From Balamuthia mandrillaris (taxonomy: Eukaryota): 64,000 nt of DNA. How positions within the stretch are numbered: position 1 is the first letter of the stretch; each line of letters opens with the position of its first letter. Shown one piece after another: positions 34,985 through 49,257 of this stretch. Location: NCBI GenBank assembly GCA_031835245.2, contig JAVKOQ020000011.1, positions 186,001 to 250,000 of the forward strand. The letters are read 5' to 3'. The notes beneath the pieces are model-generated. The model was not told the origin of the DNA. It made no database searches and saw nothing but the letters and a program-made list of their open reading frames with translations. The position numbers were made by a program, and so were the translations under genes.

Positions 34985-36161
34985 TTACTCAGGGAGCAAG
35001 AACAGATGAGAGATTTTCTTGAATGGTAAGCCAAGGAACTCCTCTGCAGGGTGCTCTTGCACAGCTTCCAATGCACGCGCCACCATCGGATGCATGCTCT
35101 GCACTCTTTGCGCTGTTGTCAACACTTTTTGCCACCCATCTTTTTTTTGGGGTTAGCAAAGCATTTAGCGGAGAAGACAGAGAGAGCAAAAGGAAAAAGA
35201 AAGAAGCAGCTTACCTATCAAAGTGGCGAAGGAACTGCCATTCGAAACAAGCAGCATGATTCTCAAAAGGTAGAACAGACGAAGCAGCCCCACAAACACT
35301 CGTTTCTCGTAGACAGCCCATCGTCCCTCCGTTCCTCCTTTTTCTTCCAGCTCAACGATGGCCATCAAGATGTCCTCTGCTGCTCGCAAACAAATAGAGC
35401 CTCCTTCTTCCACGAACCAAACTCTCCACTTTCGTGTCTCTTCGCCGTCTTCTTCTTGTCGTGTTATGCCACCAACAAGTGCTCTTTCAAGAGACTTGGC
35501 TGCTGCTTGAACTTGCACCAGTTCTTCTTCATACCAATTATCGGCTTCTTTCTCAAACAATTTGTTGGCAGCAGCGGTAGCGTGAAGACTGAGGCTACTG
35601 GAGATAGTGCTGCCACTTCCTGTTGCTGCGTTGCTGTTGCTGCGAAGATCTGCGCTGAGCAGCTGCGATTCCAACAAAAGGGTATCAAAGGAAGAAGGAT
35701 GACTGTCGTTCTTTATGTCAGAGTCACCCTCCATCGGAGTGGGAGAAGAGTTCGCTGGTAGAAGCAACCGAAGAAGGAAGTTAAGATAAGGAGGCGAGTC
35801 CAGAAATCGTTCTGCCAAATAGTCAAATGCTAAGAGCAACGCATGGCCATCGGTCACACATAAACCTTGTCCTTGGCCTTGCAGCATTGATGGCGATAGG
35901 GACGAGAGAGAACGAGAGGCTTTGGTGACGAGAGCAGCAGCTTCTTGTCGAACTTCCTCCTCGTCGTCCTGAAGAAGGCGAACAAGTGCTCCCCATGCCT
36001 CCATTACTGAATCGTCAAGTACATTTGGTGTGGCGAGGGACTTTGGCGGGCAAATGGATGACTCGCGGATAGAAATAACAACCGCCTTTCGCATGGTGAA
36101 GGGCTTCATTTTTGCATGATAAGTAATCAAAAACATGTGAAAGAGCGAGAGAGATACAGAG

Positions 36162-36199
<38 letters not shown>

Positions 36200-39100
36200 C
36201 ATGTCTGCTGTGCTGTTGATATGAAGAAGGGCCATCCATTGTTTAAGCATTGTTTGTAGTTCAGTCTCACTGATACCTTTTTTTTGTCCAAAGCAGACGC
36301 TCATGCACTATGACCAACATAATTGCAGGAAGAGATACGTATTTGCATTAGTAAGAAAGATTCTGAATGAGAGAGTAGCGAGAAAAAGAAGAGGTCACAT
36401 ACGTGTCGCAAATAAAAGCCCATGAATGTAATAACCTCCTCTTTGATGCTCGCATTGTGTGTGGTGCCAACCATGTTGAAATAGAGTCGGCGCCACAACA
36501 GAGGGAGGTTTGAGAAGACTTCTTTGCTGTCTTCCACCAGCGCCACATCTAAAGATGTTGTGACGGCAGTCAAGAGTCCTGCTCTGTCTGTGGCCAAAAG
36601 GGCAGCCACCGGGAATTCCAGTGGCAGTTCACGCAACAAACGAAGTACGTTCTTTGTGCAGACGGGATAACTGTCTCCTTTGATAAAGGAGGCCAAGAGT
36701 TCTTGTTGAACCGGGGCCAAGTCAAATCTTCAAGAGACGGAGAGTTAGAGAGAAAAGTTTGTAAGGGAGAGAGGGATTCATACTGAGAAAGTTGTGGGCA
36801 GTGCAGTAAATCTCGTCGCAGGAACTTAAGGGCCGTCAAACGCACTTCGTAGCTGGAATCCCGTAACAAGCTTACCAGGACAGGCACCATATCGCCCACT
36901 TGTTCTTTCCAGATAGACTTTTCCACTGGCGATAACAACGCGTGTAGGCACAACCCAGCTGCTGAGGAGCGCAGGAGAGAGGACATTACGAGAAGATGGT
37001 TTAGTTGCTGTTGTTGAGGGTCATCCGCGTTAGCTGTTGTCACTTTGGGGAAGAGCAACTCGCGGACAACTGAAGCAAGGCTTGAACCAAACAGAGTCTT
37101 GTCTTGGTGGTGGGTCAAAGGCAGAATGGCGCATAACACGTCCAGCAAAGCTGTTTTGACGGGTACGCACTCTACCTCTGCTGATAGCAACCACAACTTA
37201 TCCTTCAGACCTGCTACTAAACTCGCTAACGATTCTATAACACAAAAGAGCCAGAGTGTCAGAGAAGAGAGAGCAAGAGAGCGAGAGAGCGAGAGAGAGA
37301 GAGCGAGAGAGAGAGCGAGAGAGATTACAAAAAGAGTAACCAACCATTTATGAGCTGCTGCTGTGCCTCGGGCTCAAGAGCGTTCTCTCGCAACAAATGA
37401 GAGACTACCAACTGATGAATTTGAAGGAGTGTTCCGTGAACGCTGTTATGTCTAATCCTTCTTTGCCCTTTATATAACATATTGTTAATGCGGGACAAGG
37501 AGAAAAAATCAATAAAAAGAAAGAGGAGAAAGGAAACGCACCAGAGGCATCAGGAACAGAATCCACCAACAACTTTAAGTAGACGGGAACATCCTCCAGC
37601 GAAAGCAAAGGAACTAAGGCCCTTGCCGCCATCTGTCTGACCTTGAAGTTGGGTTCTGAGGCACATCGAAGAACCACCGGTATGAAAGCTGAGGGAGAAG
37701 CAGCTGCCTTCACTGGGTGGTTGGTGTCCACAAATGTTGCCGAGCCATCAGTTGTTTTCAGGTCCTTCTCTTTGTTCTTTTCTTCCACGATTGTTTTTCT
37801 CTTCTTCTGTGATGGCGTCAGCTTGGACAGCAAAACGAGAACTGGGTAGAGACTAGAATAGAGTTGTGCGCTTTGTTCCTGCTGTAATCCAACCAAAAAA
37901 TGGATCAAATTAGAAGAGAAAAAGAGATAAGAGAGAGAGAGAGAGAGAGAGAAGCATAACAATACCTTTTTGGTTTGTGGTTGTAACGACATCTCTGCCT
38001 GCAACTTTTGCAAAAGATAAGGATAGAGCTTTGGATGCTTTGCGAAGAACTGGGCAAAAGTGGCGGTGTTCTTCCTTGAATGCTCATCTCTGACCAGCTT
38101 TGGCGCCACGATCCTCTCCACCAAAACGCTAAAGGTCATGGTGGAGGAGTTTCGAATGCCCCAATTGGGAGAGGTATAGCCTTCTATGCAGAGAACAAGA
38201 GCATCCATGAGGTAGGGCATCACCTCGAAGCGAAGGGCAGAGTCACGTAATAGCATTCGCAAAACGTTCAGAGCATGAACTTTCATTGAATCATCCACTA
38301 CCACTTTCTTGGGTCCTTCCTGCTCTGCTGATCCTTGTTCTTGTTTTGAGCCCACTAGAGCAAGCAATTCTTGCACTACTTTGCCTACCAATACTTTGCT
38401 GCCTCCTCTGCGTTGTTCCAACACAATGGACTCAGCTCTAAGAATGGCAGAGAATGAGTAGGGGAGGCCTGCGCTGCGTCTCGTAGTAGATTTAAACTCT
38501 GTGCTGGTCACTGTCGCCAATAGTCGCTGATGTTTCATTGTGTGTTCGTTTGTTTATTGCAAATCAATAAGTCACTTGGACTAAGAAAAATGCAAGAAAG
38601 AAGTAACGTACATCGATCCACCGATGCGGCAAGTCATGAAGACGAGGGTTATCGCAGGAGAGTAGGTTCTCCGTAAGTACCTGCAGTCCCATGTACGATT
38701 TTTCCAACGCACCACGATGCCTGCACTGCAGCAATATGTCTAAAAAGAGGTCGCCTGCAAAGCCCACCATCTCTTCTTTGATAAAAGGCTGCGTTCATTT
38801 GTGTTGCATGTGTTAAACAAGCATTAAAAATATCGCACACAACACAAAAGTCAAACCTCGGCTTGAGCAGGAGTAGGGAGAGGAACGATGCTGCCAACAG
38901 ATCCTAACAGCAACGCCACCTCCTTGATGGACAACCACGAGCAAACCGACAGGAACTGACCCTTGGGACCCACAAAATCTGGTGAACCGGCTCCAATCAT
39001 TGTAGTGTTGCCCTCGCTTTCGCCTTCCGTCTCAAAGTAGTTCTCAGGTAAATCCTCCAAAGAAGTCAACCCTTCAGGGCTCGTCATGGAAACTACTTCT

Positions 39101-39340
39101 AAGACGAGCTCGGATACTCGCTTCAAACGCTGCAACAATCCCTCAAGAATGGAGCGCCAGAGGCATATGTCTGTGTTGCTGAGAGGAGGGCTGGCGTCTT
39201 TCTTTCTTCGGCCGCCACCAGATGTGGAGGATGGCACTCGAGTGAGAGTGATTTCAGAGGAAGGTAACATTTCTTTAAAGTTGATATCTTGCATCATATA
39301 ACTGTGGGTGATGTAAATTTTTGGGTTAGCAGTAACCATA

Positions 39341-39381
<41 letters not shown>

Positions 39382-41113
39382 ACCGAATAGCAAGAAGAGG
39401 ACCATGCATGGGTGCTAATTGAGAGGCTTCTAATAGATTTCGGGAGGCTACTGCTATGTGAGAATCTAATAGCAACAACATCTGCTGGAAAAAGTGTTGA
39501 GCTGGTGTTGCTGCTGTAGTGACAGTCAATATTAGGCAAAGAGGAAGGGGAGAAAGAGTAAAGAGAAAGTGTACTTGGTTCGGTGGCGGCGAATAGAGAA
39601 GCATCGGTACTGCAAGACATGGCGATTGCACCACTGGCATCGCAGAGGTTAACGTACCAACCCAATTGCCGAACATACTTACTAAGTACCAGCCTTAACA
39701 CATTAGCTCCCGTATCTGTTTCTCTGGCCTTTCAAAATAAAACATAAATAGGCGACGAATATTAACTCGTTACAGAGAACAAGAAGAATCAACACAGAAC
39801 ACAGAGCAAGAAAAAACAAAAAGGTACCCTTGGACTACACGTCATGGCAATACCTCTTCGCAATAATCCACAAAACTGAGAGGGGTTTTCAAACCCAGGA
39901 AGAGGAGCAGGGAACTTAGCCACAGTGCTGTACGCCAATTGTCTCATGTTGTCGATGTCATCCCACAGAGAAGCGACGAGAACGGAAGATGTGCCTTCAG
40001 AGAAGATGTTTACAAGCTCCGGTTTGTTGCCCTTGTTAGTAACTTCGGATGGTGCAGAAGAGGAAGAAGGGAGCTTGATTAGTTCAGTGCTCTTTTTGGG
40101 AACCAGGCAGCACACATTGGTGAGTTCTTGGTAGAGACTGAGCGCTGTCATCTTGCGTTGGAATGGAGCACCGGGATACATCGCTCCTGTCAAGAAAACG
40201 CAAAGCCATTCGAAGAATTCTTTTACATCCGATTGAAGGCTGTGTTTAAAGGATGCGAGTCAAACAAAGAGATAAAACTATAAGAGGATAAAACCAACCC
40301 CGAATCTTGACTTGGTTCGTGTGGAGAAGCGGTTCCTTGTTTTCTATGTTTCTTGCGTTCCTCGACCTTTTTCTTCCGTTCTGCTCTCTCCACATCTCTA
40401 AGTCGAGTGAGAAACTTTCCCACTTTTGGAGTGAGGCTCTGGCGAAGGGAGGCAGAAGAGCTTTTGATATTGTGCCAGAGGAAGTACTTCACAAGAGCCA
40501 TTTCGAAGCGGGTCGGAAGTTCTGTGCTCCTTCGACCATTACAGAGCATGTCCAGAGCATCTCCGCGCAGCTCTTGGTCTTCATCCACCAACGCTATTCG
40601 CAATAACGAAGCTACAGAAAGAGAAGTAGCAGCAGAAGAATCTAGCACCATTGTTTCGAGAGCATGTGAATCCAACAAGTCCATCTTTCTCGCTGTATTT
40701 AACACAGAGATGAGGGCTCGCAGCTTTGGTGCCGTCAATCCGTTGTGTTCTTCTTTTTCGTCAGTCTTCTTTTCTTTCCCTTCAGAGAGAACAATGGCGG
40801 ACAGGATGTGATGAAGGTCTCCAGGAAAGAGTTGGAGAATGGAGGGAAGTGCATACACCATCATTCCGTGTCGTAACGCTTTTTCTTCGGTGCAGAGAGC
40901 AGTCACTACAGGCAATAGCCAGACTGTTCTGCATTTATTGTGCGCTGCCTCCACTGATACCTTACTTGATGCGTTGTTGTTGGCTTCGTCTTTCTCTGCT
41001 TCTTGTTTGAGAGAAATGAGAAAAGAGTCGATGACTCTGGCTGCTGCGCTGCGAGCCGAAGACTCCCTGTGGTTTGTGTGTGTATGTGTGTTTTTCTTTG
41101 GTTAATACACACG

Positions 41114-41145
<32 letters not shown>

Positions 41146-43568
41146 AAAGAGATAGGAAAGGGAGGGAGGGAGGAAGAGGCAAACGCAAGAGCAGGCAAAA
41201 GCTGTTGAAGGAAATCGCTGCTTATTTCTTTGACGATACGAGATGCTCCCATGCGGTTTATCAACAGCTGCAACGCTGTGTACTTGGCCTTTAAAAGCAG
41301 AGAAATATATAAGCGGTACAACCATGGAGAACGAGGGAGTAGGAGGAGGACCAGAACCATAAGAAGCACAAAGAAAAAGAAGATAAAATGGACAAGGACA
41401 AGAAGAAGAAGCTTAAGAAAACAAGAACGAACAAGTATGGAAAATCAGACCTTTCTATGGCTTTCAGCTCGCAACAACCGGTCGGCAAGCTCCAACATGA
41501 AATATTTGTGAGCGCTGGTGGAACCCTCCGCACGGAAGCCGGGAGCAAACAAGTCATAGACCTCTAGAAAGCAATCAAAAATCTTGGTGACTTGAGTGAC
41601 GATGGACTCGTTTGGGTCCGCCCAGTTCGTAAACAACATGTTCAGAATGCTAGCTGCAAACGAAGAAAAAAAGTCCTCAACCGTCGCACCAAAGATCGTT
41701 TCTTGATGAACTATTTCCGATAACGAAGATGATGAAGAAGCAAACGCAGTTGTCAGGACGGTCTTAATGGTGCGCACAGTTGCATCCAAGATCTGAAAGG
41801 CGAATCCACGGATGGCTTTGCCAGCAGCAGAACGGTTGCATAGCTCAATGATGACAGGGAACAGAAAGTCCCACAACAAAGTTTTGCGATCTTGTTGGGA
41901 AGAAGGAAGAGGAGAATGAAAGGGCGTCGTCAGGACTTGCAAAGGAAGGTTAATTATGAGGCCACGATAGACCGCCAGCTTCGAGATAAGCGGTAAGCTA
42001 AGAAAGACCTCCCTTAAATTTTCTTCCTGGGGCAACAGCTTGTTCATCCAGAACCAATCCATGGATGGTTGGAGAGAGGAGGAAGAAGTCGTTTGAGGCC
42101 GTTCAGCATCGTCTAGAGCGAGGAGGAGAGGAGGCTGTCCATCATGCAGTAAGAAAAAGTGCCAGTACAGCTCCGTTTGATAGCGATGCAAGTCCTCTTC
42201 CTCGTAACGATTGATGGAAGAGGAAGAAGTGGTAGTAGCTCTGATAAGATCTTCGTCTTGCTCTTCTTGCTCTGCTTCGCCATCTCGCACTTCGCCCTCT
42301 TTCGTCTTGTTCTTCATGTTCTGCGAGGACCTTTCGTGTCGTTCTTCTTCTTCAGCACTTTTTTGCTGTTCTCCTTCTTCTGTTGTGGGAGGCTGAGGGA
42401 GCAACACAGCGTCAGCAACTTGCTGAACGAGAGAACAAAGACAAAAGGCGGCTGGTCCCACCAAGTCCCTATCACTGTTCCTTCCTTTCATCACAGCAAG
42501 CAAATTGTGGCTTATCTCTCTTATCAACGCAATCAAATATTCATCTTCTCCTTTCTTGCTTTCTTCTTTCACTTCTTCTGGTTGTCGCTTCTTCGGATCG
42601 ATAAAGAAAAACGAATGACGGAAGCGAAGACGCAGTTGCGGTGCGAAGCGATGCAATGTCATGATGATGGTCTTGAGGGCTAGCTCGCACTCACGAATGA
42701 CGAGAGGGGAGGTGGCCTCCTTTCTTTGCAACTGTGGAGCGCAGCGAGCGAGTATCTCCCCAGAGAGGAAGCTCAGAAGCTGTCTCAGATGAAGAAAACA
42801 ACTGGCGCTGTCGTTAGAAGAAAGAGAGTCCACCAACAACGGTTGTGCCTCGAGGGCGTTGTAGAGAGTGAAGAGGAGACGCGAGAACCGCTTGGCTTTG
42901 GCTTCTTCTGAGGGTTGTTGTCCCGATGGCGCAACAGAAAGCTGAGAAAGAAAAGCCACGAGCCTTTGGGAGAAGATGGAAAGAAGAACGGGGTAGAGAG
43001 TGTCTTCTCTTTGGTCTCCCTCGCCTTCTGCTTCGTTGCCGGCCTGTTGTTGGGTGGCTCGCTTTCTTTCTTTGGGGATGGCTTTGAAGGTGAGGACCAG
43101 TTGAGCGAGGAGCGGCTCCGTCTCGACCGTCGTGTCAAAGAACATGTCCGTCAGTGTCTCCAACGCTACCCTGTAACTTGCTTTCTCTCCTTCTGCTGCT
43201 GCCGCCGCTTCTTCTTCTCTGTTCTTTTCTTGCATCGGATTAACTTTTCCGAGCAGCGATCCTTTTTTTTTTTTTTTGGTTTCGAAACGTTTTAGATTGG
43301 AACACTCGCACACACAAAAAAGAAGAAGAGTGGTACCAGCACGACGCAAAGCCAACAACTGATCCTTCAAGTTTTCGGCGGTTAGAGCGGCTTTCAACCA
43401 GGTCAAAGGCTCGACCGCTGCGGAAGGAGATGAAAGGATCTGCTGGTTCAGTCGGTCCAGCATGGGAGAGGATGGGTAGCTCACTGGGAGCAACTGGGCG
43501 GGCCGGTCATTCCGCCGTTGCTGGCGGACGGTGATCTTCTTCATGTAAGAGCCGCCTCCCGTCTTCAT
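34985..43568 (-). CDS. THADA: THADA / Trm732 (tRNA position-32 2'-O-methylation cofactor, DUF2428 ARM protein), ~15 exons
   Basis: YPGAPFQRK, SPEG, CSWLSIKEVALLLG, RHRGALEKSY, TRRSAGLP, VHALNVLRMLLRD, WGIRNSSTMTFS, VRQMAARAL, HNSVHGTLLQ; the introns traced are GT-AG. Confidence 0.92.
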
Positions 43569-43766
43569 CTTTTGTTTTCTTTCTTTCTTCCTCCTTTATT
43601 TTTATTTCTTCTTTTATCACGGGGAATGGTTAGAAATCAAATTATGTCTACCGTAATGTACCTTTAAGTTCATTCAACCATTTGGACAAACCTTCATGAA
43701 GACCACATCCTGTCCTAAGTATATCCAAGTCCAATTTTTTGAAAAAAAAAGAATGGTTATCCGTTA

Positions 43767-43837
43767 GAGTCGAACCGGGAGACATATTTAAACAAGAAAA
43801 AAAAACAACATTGTTGTTGATAGGAGTCGAACCGGGA
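43767..43837 (-). promoter_or_regulatory. Two isolated RNA Pol III B-box-like elements (identical 14-mer)
   Basis: GAGTCGAACCGGGA at 43767-43780 and 43824-43837. The reverse complements read GGTTCGACTCT and GGTTCGACTCC. Confidence 0.55.
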
Positions 43838-43879
43838 AACTTCACCAAAAAAAAAGAAAAGAAACAAGAAAGAAAGGAA

Positions 43880-44393
43880 ATGGAAGAAAGCCAGAGGGGC
43901 GAAGGGGGCGCCACGGAGCGGCTGGTGCCTCCCAGCGCGGTGGAGCTCTCCTGCGTGGAGCTTCCCACGGAGGAGGAGAGGGAGGAGGCCCTCCTGCGAA
44001 GGGAGCAAAGCGGGGACGCCCCCGTCAAGAAGGAATACCTCTGCGCCATCGGCAAGGCCCACCACCAGCGCAAAAGAACGCAGGCCGAAGCCGCCGGCGA
44101 GTTTTCTGCTGTGCCCAAGGAAGAGGTTTGTTTTGTTTTTTGTTTTTGTTGGGAAGGCGTGGTGGTACTAATATTTGAAAAAAAAAATCGAAAGATAAAA
44201 CAATTGTCGAGAAAGCAAATGCGAAAGCGAAGAAAGTTGGAAAAAGAAGCTAAAGTACGGAGCGCTTCCTCTCCTCCCCTGTTCTCTTTTCCCTTTTCTC
44301 ACTTGCTCATTTTTTTTTTGCTGTTCGTGCTGCTTAGTTATGTTTCAGCATTGCCACTGGCCAAGAAAAATGTCCCCGAAAAAGGTTTTTGAT

Positions 44394-44445
<52 letters not shown>

Positions 44446-44804
44446 TCTCTCCTCTCCCTCTCATGATTTTCTTTCTCTTATTGTTCTTTTTTTTTGAATG
44501 TTTCTTCCTTTCCATTATACAGTTGTCCGTATTCGCATGACCCTGAGCTGTTCTTGAAGCAAAAAGAGCCAGACATTGGAGACTACTGCTACATCTTCGC
44601 GACGACTGGCCACGTACCAATTCTCTTTGCCTCCCTCCGCTCTCATTCTTTCGTTCTCCTCTCCTTTATTCTCTACTCTCAACCATCGGTCTTTATGCTT
44701 TCATTCTCGTGCTTACTCTTTGCTTGAAATAGTGCCCATACGGTCTAGCGTGTCGTTTTGCCTCCGCTCACCTCAAAGATAATGCCAATTTTACAGACGA
44801 AGAG

Positions 44805-44844
<40 letters not shown>

Positions 44845-47385
44845 TCAAAACTTGAAAAGCTTTACTAAATGAACCAAAACTAAAACACGTTTAGAGGATG
44901 GCCTCTCCCACGGATTCGCTCTCTACTAACAACTTAAAGAAAGAAGTGCAGGTGCAACTTCGGTCACGACGTTATCCCCTTCCTCGAGCAACTGCTGCCC
45001 TCCAAGCGTTGAAAGCATTGAACACGATTCCCGACGGCGAAGAAGAGGAACAGGAACAGGAAGAAGCAAACAAAACAGAAAAGGATCACACAAAAGAAAC
45101 AGAGAACGAAAAGGAAAAGGAAAAGGAAAAGGAAAACGACAAGGGTACTGAACACAAAGAACTTATGGAACTGGAAACGAAAGATGGAAAAGAAAATGAG
45201 CAAACGGGGTCATCACCAAGCCAGCTCAAACCCTCTGTTCTGGACAAGCCTTCTTCTTGGGACACAGAAGTTCCATTGCGAAAAGAAGAAAAGAAAAAGG
45301 TTTCTCTTTCTTTTCCTACTCTTTTTTTGTAGTTCTCACATTTAAAATCAAACTGAAATACCAAACAACAAACAGGTAAATTTCAAGGACCAACTCTATC
45401 TTGCTCCTTTGACAACAGTGGGCAATCTGCCTTTCCGCAGGATTTGTAAACGCTTTGGAGTAGACATTACGTGCGGAGAGATGGCATTGGCCACCAATCT
45501 CCTGCAAGGCCATATCAGCGAATGGGCTCTCATCAAGCGCCATCCGTGTGAAGATGTCTTCGGTGCCCAAGTACGTCTGCCTTGCCGCTTCTGTTTCTTC
45601 GCCTTCTTCTTTTTTCTTCTCTTCTCTCTTCTTTCTTCTCTCTTCTCTCTTCTTTCGTCTTTCTTCTTTCTTCTTTCTTCTTCTTCTCATTTAAATAACC
45701 CCAAAACCCCAAAAACAAACAAAATAAAGATAGCAGGAGCACATCCGCATGAAATGACTCGTTGCGCGGAGGTTTTGGCAAACGAAATGGAGTTAGACTT
45801 TATCGACATTAACGCTGGATGCCCCATCGACCTCATTGTTAACAAAGGAATGGGTTCTGCCATGCTTGAGCGAAAAAACCGGATTCGTGGCGTCTTGCGA
45901 GGAATGAGCAGCGTTGTCTCTTGTCCCGTTACTATCAAAATTCGGATTGGCAAAAGCGAAAAGGCTCCCAATGCACATAAGCTCATGCCTCTCTTTGCGG
46001 ATTGGGGAGCTGATGCCATTACTGTACGTTTCTTTGTTATTAGAGGGTGACTTTCGCTTACTTTGCGTTTCACTCTTTATAATGTGAAGTTGCATGGGCG
46101 GTCGAGGCTTCAAAGATACTCTCGAGAAGCCGATTGGGGATACATTCAACGCTGCGTACAGACAGTGAATGTCCCTGTCATTGGCAACGGCGATATTTAT
46201 TCCTGGCAAGAGGTCTCTTTCTCCTCTCGGGCTCGCTCTTGCTTGTTCTCTCTCTCTCTCTCCTCTCCTCTCCTCTCTTCTCTTCTCTTCATCGTTCTCT
46301 TCTCTTCTCTTCTCTTCTCTTCTCTTCTCTTCATCGTTCTCTTCTCTTCTCTTCTCTTCTCTTCTCTTCTCTTCTCTTCTCTTCTCTTCTCTTTCTCTTC
46401 TCTTCTCTTCTCTTCTCTTCTCTTCTTCTCTTCTTCTTCTTCTTCTCTTCTTCTTCTCTTCTCTTCTCTTCTCTTCTCTTCTCTTCTCTTCTCTTCTCTT
46501 CTCTTCTCTTCTCTCTTCTAACTTTAAAAAAAACCTTCGAAAAAACCCAAGGCTGAAGAACAGAAAGCAAAGAGTGGAGTATCATCCATAATGGTAGCCA
46601 GAGGTGCCCTCATTAAGCCGTGGATCTTCACGGAGCTCAAAGAGAGACGCGACTGGGACATCTCCTCCTCTGAGCGCTTTGAAATGTTGCGAGACTTTAC
46701 CAACTATGGTCTTCTTCATTGGGGCAGTGATACCAAGGTTTTAATTTGTTTTAATTTGTTTTATTTCGTTGGTGCATAGTCTTTATTATTTTGTGTGTGT
46801 TATTTCTTCTGTTGCGTCTCTCTCACAACCAATTTTGTATTTCCTGTAGGGTGTGGAACGTACCAGAGACTTTTTGCTTCAATGGCTCAGGTTTGCTAAT
46901 ATCTCTTCTCGTTGGTCTTTGTTTCTCTCCGTTACTGATTTTAATAAACAAAAACAGTTTTCTGTTTCGTTATGTGCCCGTAGGATTGTTAGAGAAGCTT
47001 CCGCCCCGGCTCAAGGACAGGTATGATTTACTCTTAACTTATCAACACAAACACAAAAAGAAAAGCAACAACAAAAAAGAAGGAGAAACGACCCTCTTTA
47101 CTGTCATCTGACAATGAACTCAAAACCACAACAGACCACCTGCGTATTATGGGCGAAACGACTTGGAGACATTGATGAGCAGTCCAAACGTCAGCGGTAT
47201 GTGAAAAACTGTTTCTCTTTTTTAACAGAGTGATTTTTTTTTCCTGTGGTAACAAAAAACACTCTCAACCAAACCTACAAACAGATTGGATAAAGATAAG
47301 CGAGTTGCTATTAGGCCGTGTGCCATCCAACTTCTCGTTCACGCCAAAGCACGGCTCTCATGCTTACTCCCTCTCTGAAGGATGA
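43880..47385 (+). CDS. DUS3L: tRNA-dihydrouridine(47) synthase DUS3 with two CCCH fingers, multi-exon
   Basis: [94 protein letters not shown]. Confidence 0.95.
46244..46518 (+). repeat. (CTCTT)n pentanucleotide array in a DUS3 intron
   Basis: Directly visible ~270-bp pyrimidine array. Confidence 0.9.
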
Positions 47386-47658
47386 TGATTGGATCAGAAA
47401 CACCCATACACGATCCTCCCATCTGCATCCTTGCTCAAGTTTTTTCTTTAAAAAAAACAGCATACAAAGAAAAACGGAGAAAAAAAACAATAAATACCAA
47501 TAAATAGCAATAAATAGCAATAAATTACAATAAATAGCAATTAGTTTTTAAAATGCTTTGTATGCTTTGCATTCTGGCGGGAAAATTGTTTGAGGGGGCA
47601 ATCTTAAAAAGAAAAGAAAAGAAAAGAAAAGAAAAGCAGGTTGAATGGGCACGTTGTG

Positions 47659-48505
47659 ATGGACGGTGCCTGCTCTTCCTCTTCCTCCTCCTCCTCCTCC
47701 TCCTCCTCTCCCTCCGGATCACAGGGTCGACGACGACCGCCGATCTGTCTGTTAAGTCGGAGAGAAACCTTTTCTGCCTCTCATCGGCTGCACAGCCCTG
47801 CGCTCACAGCCGAAGAAAACACAAGGATTTATGGCAAGTGTAACAATCCTCATGGACACGGACACAACTACACTTTGGAGGTGCTCGTCAGAGGAGAGGT
47901 TCGTTGGTGAGCACAAAATAAAATAAAATTTTGTTTTTTTTTCTTATGTACTCTTAAGATTGACAGTGTGACCGGCATGGTGATGAACCTGAGCGACCTC
48001 AAAAACGCTATCAACGAGGCTGTTCTCTCTCAACTGGATCATAAGGTGCATTTCCTTTTTGTTTCGTCACTCTTTTGATGTTCTCTCTCTCTCTCTTAAT
48101 ATCCCTCTGCAACTCCCTTTTCTCCCTACCTGGTCCTCGGCAATGGTACAGAACTTAGATCTGGATGTTGAATTCTTTGCCTCTCGTGTCAGTACCACTG
48201 AAAACGTGGCTGTATTTTGTTGGAACCAATTGGAGGCAGTTCTGCCCAAAGGTAAGCAGCTCTCTTAACTTTGCCTATATTACTGCTCTTCCTCTTCTCT
48301 TCCATCACTTTTTCCTTCCTTTCCTTCTCGTTTCGTTCTTTCGTTCGTCGCCGTCGTTTTTCGTTACCTTTTCGATCTTTTGTTTGTCTTTCTTCCTTTC
48401 GCGTTTCTTACTCTTGCTGGTGCTGTCTGTTTCGCAAAAGGGTTGCTGCACGAAATCAGGTTGCACGAAACGGAAAACAACGTGGTCATCTACAGAGGAG
48501 AATAG
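47659..48505 (+). CDS. PTS: 6-pyruvoyl-tetrahydropterin synthase, 4 exons
   Basis: FSASHRLHS...[60 protein letters not shown]. Confidence 0.95.
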
Positions 48506-49257
48506 CGCGTGCGAAAAGAAGGAGAAGAAAAAAAACCTCTTTGGCGAGACAAAAGCCATGTCGACAAATTTTCGGATCGTCGGCCTTTTCCATTTCTACA
48601 ATTCCCCAGATTAAAAATTTCCAAAGAAAGAACAGTAGAGTTTTCCGAAACGTTCCTGATTGGTGCGGGGCTTTTTTAATGCGTTATGGAAATTTCGGCC
48701 GATGAGCCAGGGTTGTCGAAATGATTGCAGCGAAAATGTTCCCCTGCGGAAAAACGGAAAACTCTTGGCCGCTGCCGCGTTTCCTGCTACGTTCTATTTT
48801 GTTCTTGTTGCACATTTTTTTTAGCATTCTTTCGCGCAAAGGCACAACACAACCACCAAAACCCCCAAAGAGAACAGCGAGTAGTAGTAACACTTCCCTA
48901 CTTTACAAAAAAAAAAAAAACAACCAATAAAGCCACCAATTGAAGCTCTTTGGTCGGATTTTGTTTGTGTTGTTGTTTTTAGGGGGAAGATTTGAAACAA
49001 AAAGGAACTTTGGAGAAGCTTCCTTTTTTTTTTAACTGTTTCTTGATTAATTTTTTTTTTTTTGTAACTCTGCTGTTCTTCTTACTTGATTTCCCCCCTC
49101 TATTTTTTTTTAAACAAAAACTCCTATCTGATATAGGTCTGGTTTTTTTGATATTGCATCTGCTTTGTTTCAACCTATTTTTTTTTTTTTTTTTGATTGG
49201 ACCACACAAGAAGGACATTTGCTATCAAGCCATTGCATTTTTTTTAACGTAAAAAAA

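Noticed and set aside
43760..43845. tRNA genes suggested by GGTTCGACTC motifs
   Set aside because: No A-box, D-arm, anticodon arm or acceptor stem; the flanks are poly-A/T.
46063..46591. Long Leu/Phe/Ser-rich 'membrane protein' ORFs here and at 60865-61518, 31791-32405 and 55346-55684
   Set aside because: Translations of CT-rich microsatellites that happen to lack stop codons.
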